From: a phage
Direction: 5' to 3' (one strand)
Length of the DNA stretch: 64,000 bases
Sequence record: PZ445440.1
In this document: positions 27,106 through 35,300 of the stretch, piece by piece
Layout of the letters: each line of letters opens with the position of its first letter
How positions within the stretch are numbered: position 1 is the first letter of the stretch
Translations under genes and position numbers: made by a program
Notes under the pieces: model-generated
The model's input: the letters and a program-made list of their open reading frames with translations, nothing else
What the model was told of the DNA's origin: nothing
The model's database searches: none

Positions 27106-27468
27106 TTAAAAGAATTTAAATTTTTTCTTGGTCCGTTCATTAAAAGCTTGTTGTACTTGCATTGTAACACATTTTTCAACATGCGGTGCAAGTTCTGCTT
27201 TTCTGTCCTGGTCAAGAACTGCAAAGTCCATTACGATTTTACCATCAACCCAGTCTAGTTTTGTAATATAGACTATATGATGGGAACCGTCTTCAAGTGT
27301 AATCAGAATCTCTTGAATGACATTTTCCATTGCTGAACGGACAATTTTAAGAGATTCATTAAACACTCGTTCTTTGCGAATGTCTTCCCCTTCCGAAGAA
27401 GGGGATTCATCAACGATTTCTAGATTTAAATCATCGAGATTATTCATCGAAATCTTCCATTTCGTCAA
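27106..27468 (-). CDS. 40: gp40-like protein by position (120 aa)
   Basis: Located between uvsX and gene 41 as T4 gene 40; sequence identity not verified. Confidence 0.45.
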   Translation of the reverse strand: MTKWKISMNNLDDLNLEIVDESPSSEGEDIRKERVFNESLKIVRSAMENVIQEILITLEDGSHHIVYITKLDWVDGKIVMDFAVLDQDRKAELAPHVEKCVTMQVQQAFNERTKKKFKFF

Positions 27469-28612
27469 GGTCGTTTTCTATATCTGCTGCAGATGGAGCA
27501 TCAGAAGTTTTAACTGGAACCTTAGTTGTTGCTTTGCAATTAATAAGGTCGTTAACAGCGTCATCAACTTCTTTAATAGAAGAGATAGCACCTAGTTTAT
27601 ATTTGGTTTCAATTGCATCTCGGAAAGGTTTGTGTTTAAACAACGGTCCCCAGAATTCTACACAATCAGTAGCTTTAGCACGCCACGATTTCTCTTCACG
27701 AATCATTTCACCTGTTTCTTCGTCAAGGAATTCACGAGCATACCAACCAGCTTTAGGCTTAACTACAAAACCAATTTCAGTTGCCATTTCTAACAAGCCA
27801 CTGAATGGATCAATACCGCCATCAAAATTAACCGTGATTGGGAAAGTAGATTTCTCTTTAACTGTACGAGATTTTTCTGCTTTCAACGTGAAGTCATAAC
27901 CGGTCAATTCTGTACCTTCTTTAACCTGACGTTTAGAGATAAAAAATACCGTGTTGGCAGAGTAAAGAATACCTGTACCACCACCCATAATCTCTTTAGG
28001 ATATAGTCCGCCGATTTCCATTGCTGTATGGTTGATTGCAACACACGGAATATCTTTAATAGTCAGATAAGGAGTCACAATGCGGAACAGAGATTTAAGT
28101 GCCTTAGCACGAGACATATCACCTACAACTTTTTCGTTCAACGCATCTTCGGTTTCTTTCTTAGATGCAGTATTACCGATTGAATCGATAAAGATAATAA
28201 CTTTATCACCGCGTTCAATAGCGTCAAGCTGATTAGTCATATCGACTTTAAGTTGTTCGACAGACTGAATTGGTGTATGAACTACGCGGTCTAAATCAAC
28301 ACCCATCGAACGGAAGTAAGATTCTGAAGCACCGAATTCTGAGTCATAAAACAAACAGATCGCATCTTTATATTTCTTCATATACGCTGCGACCATAGTT
28401 AGTCCAAACAATGTTTTAAAATGTTTAGAAGGTGCAGCAAAAATAGTCAAGCCTGATTGCAATCCTGCATTCAGAGCACCACCTAGTGCAATATTCAACA
28501 TCGGAATACGAGTAGGGACTTCATCACGATTATTAAACAGCTTAGACTTAGTCAAGTCTGCAGTCATTTTAGAAGTAGAAGCTTTAATCAGACGAGATTT
28601 TAAATCAGACAT
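27440..28612 (-). CDS. uvsX: UvsX recombinase (RecA/Rad51 family)
   Basis: 390 aa; MSDLKSRLIKASTSK... and WYAREFLDEETGEMIREEKSWRAK match T4 UvsX from memory. Confidence 0.95.
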   Translation of the reverse strand: MSDLKSRLIKASTSKMTADLTKSKLFNNRDEVPTRIPMLNIALGGALNAGLQSGLTIFAAPSKHFKTLFGLTMVAAYMKKYKDAICLFYDSEFGASESYFRSMGVDLDRVVHTPIQSVEQLKVDMTNQLDAIERGDKVIIFIDSIGNTASKKETEDALNEKVVGDMSRAKALKSLFRIVTPYLTIKDIPCVAINHTAMEIGGLYPKEIMGGGTGILYSANTVFFISKRQVKEGTELTGYDFTLKAEKSRTVKEKSTFPITVNFDGGIDPFSGLLEMATEIGFVVKPKAGWYAREFLDEETGEMIREEKSWRAKATDCVEFWGPLFKHKPFRDAIETKYKLGAISSIKEVDDAVNDLINCKATTKVPVKTSDAPSAADIENDLDEMEDFDE

Positions 28613-28665
28613 TGTATTTTTCCATAGGCATCATTATATTTTACTCATGTTTAAAAGATAAGATG

Positions 28666-28693
28666 ATTATATACTAAGGGTTATACAGCATTT
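28666..28693 (-). promoter_or_regulatory. candidate MotA-dependent middle promoter for uvsX
   Basis: Minus AAATGCTGTA (MotA-box-like, one mismatch to TGCTTtA) followed 12 nt later by TATAAT. Confidence 0.35.
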
Positions 28694-28710
28694 AAAACTT
28701 TAAATGGCTC

Positions 28711-29259
28711 TTAACGAGCCCATTTGATGATTTCTGTAATCAAATCATTACGTTCGCTTGCATTAAATCCTATAACTTTGTTAGCACCATCATGATTAAG
28801 TAATTGATACGTTTGGATTTTGTTATGAATTGCAAACTCTTCAAAATGTGAAATGACTGTATTAAAACCGAATGAAGACAAAGTAATAAGGTCGTCTTCA
28901 AAACTTTCAGTCATTTCGTTACGTGTTAAAATAATTGTGAACACATCATGGTTTTGGCAAAGACGAATATAATCCTGTTCATAAACGTCAAGAACCGAGT
29001 CCGCATCTTGTCGAATACGTCCATAAACCCAGTTACTAATATACCCACGGTCTAACAGATAAATCTTAGTAGGGTCTAAATAATTCAACATCGTTTCGAA
29101 ACAGCCAACTTCGTTTCGAGACTTAACATCGAAACGCCCATCAACTGTTCGTTTAGGGAAATCAATCTTTACATATCTTTCACTAATTTCCATTACGTCA
29201 TTAATGAAAGTTGTTTTACCAGCATTATCCGGGCCGTCTACTAAAATAATTTTAGCCAT
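28711..29259 (-). CDS. P-loop nucleotide/nucleoside kinase-like protein (thymidylate-kinase-like fold)
   Basis: 182 aa; Walker A ILVDGPDNAGKTT and a DRGY motif (YLLDRGYISNWVYG) reminiscent of dNMP kinases; GAGGAA SD; sits in the T4 beta-gt slot. Confidence 0.6.
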   Translation of the reverse strand: MAKIILVDGPDNAGKTTFINDVMEISERYVKIDFPKRTVDGRFDVKSRNEVGCFETMLNYLDPTKIYLLDRGYISNWVYGRIRQDADSVLDVYEQDYIRLCQNHDVFTIILTRNEMTESFEDDLITLSSFGFNTVISHFEEFAIHNKIQTYQLLNHDGANKVIGFNASERNDLITEIIKWAR

Positions 29260-29260
29260 T

Positions 29261-30160
29261 TTATTCCTCGATTACGACATCTTCGTATTTAGGTATATTA
29301 TACGGTGAAGAAATTAAAGCATTAAAGTAGATGAACTCACCAAGACCTGGATGGAATACTTCTTCAGGATTTTCGAAATATTGAATCTTCGGACGTCCTT
29401 TAAGAATTTGATAGTACTCAGTTTTAGTTGGTTTAAAAATTCGAATCAGCGCTTCTTCAGGATACTTATTTCTGTCGAAGCTATTATTTGGATCGGTTAT
29501 ATAAAGCGGTTGACCTAATTGAATTGCACATTCAACCACTTGTTCAAAACGATAGCATGGGTCACTAATTCGAAATGGATGAAAAATACCATCTAGATGA
29601 ATAGGAGCCAAATCACCTACAAGACGCTGCATGATGGAAGGACGTATAACTTTCTGGGTTATGATAATCTTATTACCATCGGCACCTGCGTTAACCAGCA
29701 CTTCTTTTTGACGTTCATTCAACACAGTAGTTTGAAGTGAACGATTAACAGACAACATATCGGTTTTTAAGAATTCGTCAATATAAAAACGTGGTTTATT
29801 AGGGTCTGCAGTGATATTGAAATTGAATTCTACATCAAAAGCGCCGTCATATCCAGTGATATCTGTGATTAGAAAATCACAATCATAATAAGCAATTAAT
29901 GAATCAACCACAAATTCATTTTCAGACCAGAAATATTTACGAGTGTTATACGCGTTATCTTTATACCATAATGGAACAAACTTAAATTCTGGGAAAAGAC
30001 GTTCACATTCTTTAATATCAGATGCATTACGTGGATATGTAATCACATCACCCGGATTAGCACGGTGCAAATGAAGTTGGAAGTTGCCATCCTTAAGGAT
30101 AGCATACTGTCCAGTTTCATAAGACCGCATACTCAAGATAGGTACGCGGAAAATAGCCAT
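29261..30160 (-). CDS. hypothetical protein (299 aa), candidate novel DNA sugar-transferase
   Basis: No recognisable motifs; translationally coupled to gene 42 (stop/start overlap); occupies the beta-gt position. Confidence 0.6.
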   Translation of the reverse strand: MAIFRVPILSMRSYETGQYAILKDGNFQLHLHRANPGDVITYPRNASDIKECERLFPEFKFVPLWYKDNAYNTRKYFWSENEFVVDSLIAYYDCDFLITDITGYDGAFDVEFNFNITADPNKPRFYIDEFLKTDMLSVNRSLQTTVLNERQKEVLVNAGADGNKIIITQKVIRPSIMQRLVGDLAPIHLDGIFHPFRISDPCYRFEQVVECAIQLGQPLYITDPNNSFDRNKYPEEALIRIFKPTKTEYYQILKGRPKIQYFENPEEVFHPGLGEFIYFNALISSPYNIPKYEDVVIEE

Positions 30161-30876
30161 TAGTCAAGGAATCCTTTAACATAATCAAAATCACGTTCAA
30201 ACACATGGGCACTTACCATGGTATGAGTATAATCACCAACTTCTACACCACATTCGTTAGCGATATAATGAAGTAATTTTCCTTGGAGATAAAAATCCAA
30301 CTGCATAACAACAGCACAGTTCTGAGAACGCATATGACAGTGGGTATAAAGCTTACCATCACGAATATAATAAGTCACTGAGTCAGTACATGGATATTCA
30401 AGCGTTTCGTCTGAATCAAGCAAAGCCTGATCAGAACTTTCTAGAATTTGGAACACAACTCTTCGAGAGTTAGGCTTCTCTTTAAGTTCTTTTAGAAGAG
30501 CTGGTAATTGGGCCGCAATGCGAGGACCGTAGAAAGTGTTGAAGTTCGCAGGCAAAGCATCTGATTTTGGTTTAGAAATAAATTTAGCGACATTAGGATA
30601 TGCCTTAAACGCTTCTTCTGCATCAGTACCACCAGAAATCATAAACTTCCAGAAGTCTTCGGCATATTCATAAGAGATGCGGTTAATACGTGGGTCGGTC
30701 ATTTTGAATGATGATGGAGTGTCAACAACTACTGTCATAGACCCAATTTCATTACAACGTCCAATACGAGAATCAGTTACGAATTCCGGGTTTTCTAAAA
30801 TTTCACGATTGACTGCTTTAAATGCGGTTTGAAAATCTGCGGCTTTGATATATTTCATTGTGTTATGTTTTCCCAT
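30160..30876 (-). CDS. 42: dCMP hydroxymethylase gp42 (thymidylate synthase family)
   Basis: 238 aa; thymidylate-synthase-like region HCHMRSQNCAVVMQLDFYLQ; synteny upstream of the uvsX block. Confidence 0.7.
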   Translation of the reverse strand: MGKHNTMKYIKAADFQTAFKAVNREILENPEFVTDSRIGRCNEIGSMTVVVDTPSSFKMTDPRINRISYEYAEDFWKFMISGGTDAEEAFKAYPNVAKFISKPKSDALPANFNTFYGPRIAAQLPALLKELKEKPNSRRVVFQILESSDQALLDSDETLEYPCTDSVTYYIRDGKLYTHCHMRSQNCAVVMQLDFYLQGKLLHYIANECGVEVGDYTHTMVSAHVFERDFDYVKGFLD

Positions 30877-30918
30877 GTTTACCTCAATACAATTTATTAT
30901 ATACTCGATTCGTAAAGC

Positions 30919-31158
30919 TTATTTGAATTTCTTGGCAGTGTTGATATACCGTAAAGCTTCAGCATCGATACTTCCAAGAACACTATGAAGAAATGCATCA
31001 GCGTAGTATTCTAATTGAACAGGTTCTTTAATCACTTTAGCCGCTTTGGTTTCAAACAGGCCCATCAGGGCCTTTTTAAGAATTTGTTCGTTGCTGTTAA
31101 TTTTAATAGTCAAAATCTCTTCATTAAGTTGGTGGTTAAAAGTTTTTCTAGAAATCAT
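30919..31158 (-). CDS. hypothetical protein (79 aa)
   Basis: ORF with ATGA overlap to upstream gene. Confidence 0.55.
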   Translation of the reverse strand: MISRKTFNHQLNEEILTIKINSNEQILKKALMGLFETKAAKVIKEPVQLEYYADAFLHSVLGSIDAEALRYINTAKKFK

Positions 31159-32315
31159 TCCGGGTACCTCAAAGCGTCGTCAGAGTTAGTTATATCAATA
31201 ATAGATATAGAATTTTCTGATAACCCATTTTTAGATAACTGACGTTTATAATATCTTTCACAATATGTACACGTCGTCCCGCAGATTTCATTAGCACAAT
31301 CGAAATCTGGATGTCTGAACCACCTTTTTTCTAAAAAGCCATCTAACAAAGAGGTTTCAATATTTACTGTATGTGAAAACTCAGTTTCGTTTTCAAGAGT
31401 GAAAATAGTCTCTAAAGGCTTCCACAGTTCTAACAAATTACCTTCAAACTTTTCAGAAGCGTATGCTTCAAGAACTTTCAAAATGTAGTCTGTGCTACCT
31501 GTACGTCCTGAAACTTTGAATTGAGTGATACCAATATCATTATAAAGTTTCAAATCTTGGGGACGAACAAAACGAGTTCTCAACCAGTTAAATGGGTCTG
31601 TATCACGAGCTTTAATACAGTGCTGCATTGGATACCCGTTTAAGGATTTAGCATCATCAGCTGTAACATCAGTACTATGGAAAATATAGCAAGAGTCACG
31701 ATAGCTACAATGTGTTGTATACCCTTTACCAGCATTAGAACAGAACTCATTTACAAGAACTTCAAATATTATATTGTTCTTATTGCAAAACTCTGCTGCA
31801 CGCTTCAGGAAAGAAACTGAACGGTTCTTATGAATTCCACAGCAGACCTTTTTGATATTATATTGGTCATGCAAGTATTTGATTTGAGTTACAGCATCGA
31901 CATGTAGAATTGTTGAAACTTCAATCTCAATGTCTTTATTGACTTCACGAACAATTTCCATAACAACAGGGTTAGCGATAGTAATACGCCATACGCCTAT
32001 TGACCAAAGATACTGAACATAATCCTGAATAGCTTTCTTCTTCCACTCAACTAGTTCTCTTTTTGAACCAGGATTTATCGTGTTGAGTGTATAGTTAAAG
32101 CAAATACCTAATTCGTTACAACGTTTAACGTAATCTTCTAACATCTTTTTGTCAACGTCAGGAAGCCTAAAATCAGGTCTGGCTGCTACAAAAGCCATTT
32201 CTCTTGTAGAGCCGTATACTTCATTTATCAAGCTATTAGGATAAGTTTTATTGAGCTCTACGATTTTATCAAGAAGAGCTAAATCAAAATTCGTTCCGAT
32301 TTTAAAAGTATTCAT
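31155..32315 (-). CDS. Cys-rich protein of unknown function (386 aa); weak peptidase-U32-like resemblance
   Basis: Cys clusters (EVLVNEFCSNAGKGYTTHCSYRDSCY; CANEICGTTCTYC); loose resemblance to the U32 signature region; not verifiable without a profile search. Confidence 0.6.
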   Translation of the reverse strand: MNTFKIGTNFDLALLDKIVELNKTYPNSLINEVYGSTREMAFVAARPDFRLPDVDKKMLEDYVKRCNELGICFNYTLNTINPGSKRELVEWKKKAIQDYVQYLWSIGVWRITIANPVVMEIVREVNKDIEIEVSTILHVDAVTQIKYLHDQYNIKKVCCGIHKNRSVSFLKRAAEFCNKNNIIFEVLVNEFCSNAGKGYTTHCSYRDSCYIFHSTDVTADDAKSLNGYPMQHCIKARDTDPFNWLRTRFVRPQDLKLYNDIGITQFKVSGRTGSTDYILKVLEAYASEKFEGNLLELWKPLETIFTLENETEFSHTVNIETSLLDGFLEKRWFRHPDFDCANEICGTTCTYCERYYKRQLSKNGLSENSISIIDITNSDDALRYPE

Positions 32316-32371
32316 TTTTTTGCATCTCGCGTTAATTGATGCGATGGTTTTTGCAGGTCTTACTTAAATTA

Positions 32372-32758
32372 TTATAGATTCGGTTTATATGATTTAAATG
32401 TTTCGAATTCGCCTTTATTCATAAGAGCTTTGAATTCGTCAGGACGCATAGCTTTGTCGTCGATAATCCAATCATATACTGGTTTATGTGTTAGCAAATT
32501 ATGGTACTTCAATCCAATGTTTGCTAAGTTCTGAATCAGACTTGGGAGAATGTCGATTGCTATACGACCAGGACCTACTGACTTCATACCGCGAGCAGTG
32601 TAAAGCGTTATGGTATGCCCTGCATCATACAGGGCATTAATGGCAGACACCATTTCGACGTCTGGTTTGAAGTTCACATAATCACGGTTGTTATTCCACT
32701 CTGTTATACAATCATCGACATCAAAACAAAGATTAAGCATGTTTTCTACACGGTGCAT
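32372..32758 (-). CDS. HAD-superfamily phosphatase (small, cap-less)
   Basis: Motif I FDVDDCI, motif II ITLYTARG, motif III/IV K...DWIIDDKA; ATG overlaps the stop of the upstream NTase/kinase gene. Confidence 0.7.
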   Translation of the reverse strand: MHRVENMLNLCFDVDDCITEWNNNRDYVNFKPDVEMVSAINALYDAGHTITLYTARGMKSVGPGRIAIDILPSLIQNLANIGLKYHNLLTHKPVYDWIIDDKAMRPDEFKALMNKGEFETFKSYKPNL

Positions 32759-34443
32759 TAGATTCGTTCCCATTGATGAGTGATATCGCCACCGATTGGA
32801 CGATAGGAAACACCAGTTTCTTTATCAGTTAGTACCCATTTACCAGGATTTTTTGTAATAAGAGTAGCCGTTACAGGTTCTGCTACGTCATAACTAATAG
32901 AGCCGTCTTGAAGTACACGGCCCATGTTACGTAATTGCTTAGTCAGAAGTTCCATACCTTTATAATATGCGGCTACCGCTTTAAGTGGATTATTCTTGAA
33001 ATAACCACCTAATGCAATCCAGATAATTGCCACCGCCAAATGATGATACTCGTTAAACGAACTCATCTTTCCATATTTGTAAATTAATGGATTGATGTTA
33101 ATAGTCACATTACAAGTTGTTTCATCAATAGTAAACTGTCCCCAGGTCGGATTAGCATTGAATTCATCATAACCTGAAACAGCGTAAAGCACTTTAGCTT
33201 CATCGTACAATTTTGGCCCGTAAATCTTGGTTTCACCAAAATATCCACGAGGGTCGATAAACTTGACTTCGCCATTATCAGTAATCATAGTATTACTGAA
33301 GTTCGGGTCACCATGAATAACAGAGTACTGTCCCTGAGAACGGTTATGATAACGAATAAGGTGTTCTAAAGCTTGTTTCAACATTGGCTTCAGACGTCCA
33401 ATCTTAGTGTAGTTCACATGTGTGATTTTACCAAATGAATCAATCAATGGTTGAATGCTTTCACAACGATCAATAACTTTCGTATAGAATTCTTTAGTGA
33501 AATCACGACGGACAGTTTCAGGACTTACAAAATAAGTGTCTGTGCTGAATTTCAGTGCATCTAAAATTGCATCAACAATTTGTGGACGAGCAAGACTTGA
33601 TTTGGATTTAATATATTCAAATGCCGGCTTACCTTTAATGCGTTCCATTTCAAAGTTATTTTCATTAACAGAAACTAACTGAGGAACTGAATCTGATTTC
33701 ACTTTCAAGTACCACGAAATCTCATCTTTCTGAAGAGCTCGACCCTGTTCGGTTAATGCGAATTTAGTTACAGTTTCTTCACCAATTTCAACTGCATTAA
33801 AACTACGATTAAGTTCACGAACTTCATGAGCTTTTTCAAGTTTAGGCATATCACCTAAATCAATTAGATTCATAAGCTCTGATTTATTGAATGCGCCGCT
33901 GTAAAGGAATTCTACGAAATCACGTCCTTTGCAGTATTCATGAATTTCCTCATCAGTAGAACCCATATAGAATTCCCAGTCTTTGAACTGATAAATTCCT
34001 ACAACATTACCGCCTGTTGCACCTACATTAGTGATATTTTCACCGTCGAAATTATATCGACATTCGTCACCCTTAACATAGATTGCGTTAACATTCCAAG
34101 ACCATGAACCAAAATCAGGAATAATATCACACCAGTTAACAATTACGTTATGGCCGTCTAAATCTTTGTGTAATTTAGCAAGAGCATAAGCAGAACCATA
34201 CGCTTCATCAACTGTACGAATAGTCACATTGAACCCTTCTTGCTCACAATAAGCTCGAACAGTTTCAGCAAATTTTGAATGAACTACTACAATAATTTCA
34301 TCTGCGCCAAGGTCAGAATAAATTGTATACAAATTGCTCAGAATAGTGTCTTGTTTATAGTTAACAAGCACCTTAGGAATATGATGCGTTATTGGATACA
34401 AACGAGTTGCCAGTCCAGCACCAAGAATAACAGCTTTTTTCAT
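32758..34443 (-). CDS. bifunctional sugar-1-phosphate nucleotidyltransferase / anomeric sugar kinase (LicC-like N-domain + APH/choline-kinase-like C-domain)
   Basis: 561 aa; N-terminal MKKAVILGAGLATRLYPITHHIPKVLV (NTP-transferase signature); C-terminal VIHGDPNFSNTMI (Brenner HGDxxxxN) and FIDPRGYFG. Confidence 0.8.
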   Translation of the reverse strand: MKKAVILGAGLATRLYPITHHIPKVLVNYKQDTILSNLYTIYSDLGADEIIVVVHSKFAETVRAYCEQEGFNVTIRTVDEAYGSAYALAKLHKDLDGHNVIVNWCDIIPDFGSWSWNVNAIYVKGDECRYNFDGENITNVGATGGNVVGIYQFKDWEFYMGSTDEEIHEYCKGRDFVEFLYSGAFNKSELMNLIDLGDMPKLEKAHEVRELNRSFNAVEIGEETVTKFALTEQGRALQKDEISWYLKVKSDSVPQLVSVNENNFEMERIKGKPAFEYIKSKSSLARPQIVDAILDALKFSTDTYFVSPETVRRDFTKEFYTKVIDRCESIQPLIDSFGKITHVNYTKIGRLKPMLKQALEHLIRYHNRSQGQYSVIHGDPNFSNTMITDNGEVKFIDPRGYFGETKIYGPKLYDEAKVLYAVSGYDEFNANPTWGQFTIDETTCNVTININPLIYKYGKMSSFNEYHHLAVAIIWIALGGYFKNNPLKAVAAYYKGMELLTKQLRNMGRVLQDGSISYDVAEPVTATLITKNPGKWVLTDKETGVSYRPIGGDITHQWERI

Positions 34444-34484
34444 GTTGTGGTCCTCATTGGTAAGTAGAAGTATTGTACACTATT

Positions 34485-34628
34485 CTAGTTAAAGCATTCA
34501 TACTTCGCTTGTAGTCCAATCATAATCCATCCAATTACAAGTGTTGGAATCATTACTGGAGCCGTTAAGCTCCAGTAGATAGTCATGACAAGCATCAATA
34601 GTAAAAGTCCTATTGTTATTGTTTTCAT
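34485..34628 (-). CDS. small membrane protein (47 aa)
   Basis: Hand translation MKTITIGLLLLMLVMTIYWSLTAPVMIPTLVIGWIMIGLQAKYECFN; ATGA overlap with the isomerase stop. Confidence 0.4.
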   Translation of the reverse strand: MKTITIGLLLLMLVMTIYWSLTAPVMIPTLVIGWIMIGLQAKYECFN

Positions 34629-35260
34629 TGTTCGCCTCGTAACATGGCACCTAGTGCGCCGCCTGGATGGAACTTAAGGAAATCATTAGAGGTAAATCCA
34701 CGTTCAGACGAAAGGTTGATAGCGAACGTATCGATAAGCGCTAACAACAATGTAGTAGACATTGTCGGAGCTAAAGAGTTCTCGTCAACTTCTACCGCGA
34801 TACCGGTACAGAACGTATAATCAAAAAGAGCTTCGTATTCTTGTGGAATGTCAGGGTTACAATGTAACAGAATCTGTTTAACCTGAGGACGAATCATACG
34901 AAGATGTTTAGCAACACCTATCATTTCTTCAGTCTTACCAGAACGACTGATGTGAACTAATACATCATTAGGTGCAATAAATCCTGCGTCGCCATGAGAA
35001 TAATGCCCGGTGTTCAAGTACATACTCGGGATACCTAGTGAAGCAAAAGTCTCGGAAGCTTTAGTTGCGATATTAGCATTCTTACCAACACCTGTAATAA
35101 TTACACGACTTTCGTAATTACTCAGTCCAGGGCGACGAAGAGTTTCAAGAATAGCATTATATCGGGCAGGGTTTTGACTAATTATTTTAGCCATAGTGGC
35201 AAGAGATGAAGCTTGTTTTACGATTGCGTCAATAGCGATAGTGATTGGTGTAGTTTTCAT
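34625..35260 (-). CDS. D-arabinose-5-phosphate isomerase, SIS domain only (KdsD/GutQ/KpsF-like, no CBS pair)
   Basis: 211 aa; strong similarity to E. coli KdsD SIS domain from memory: GVGKNANIATKASETFASLGIPS, HGDAGFIAPNDVLVHISRSGKTEE, LAPTMSTTLLLALID, HPGGALG. Confidence 0.85.
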   Translation of the reverse strand: MKTTPITIAIDAIVKQASSLATMAKIISQNPARYNAILETLRRPGLSNYESRVIITGVGKNANIATKASETFASLGIPSMYLNTGHYSHGDAGFIAPNDVLVHISRSGKTEEMIGVAKHLRMIRPQVKQILLHCNPDIPQEYEALFDYTFCTGIAVEVDENSLAPTMSTTLLLALIDTFAINLSSERGFTSNDFLKFHPGGALGAMLRGEQ

Positions 35261-35300
35261 ATTTCTCTCATTTAATTAGTTGGCCATCCTTGGCATTATA

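Noticed and set aside
28711-35260. Interpretation of the island as a Kdo (KdsD-KdsA-KdsC-KdsB) pathway
   Set aside because: No KdsA-like Kdo8P synthase or KdsB-type CMP-Kdo synthetase is recognisable; the nucleotidyltransferase is LicC/RmlA-like and fused to an APH-type kinase, pointing to an NDP-pentose route instead
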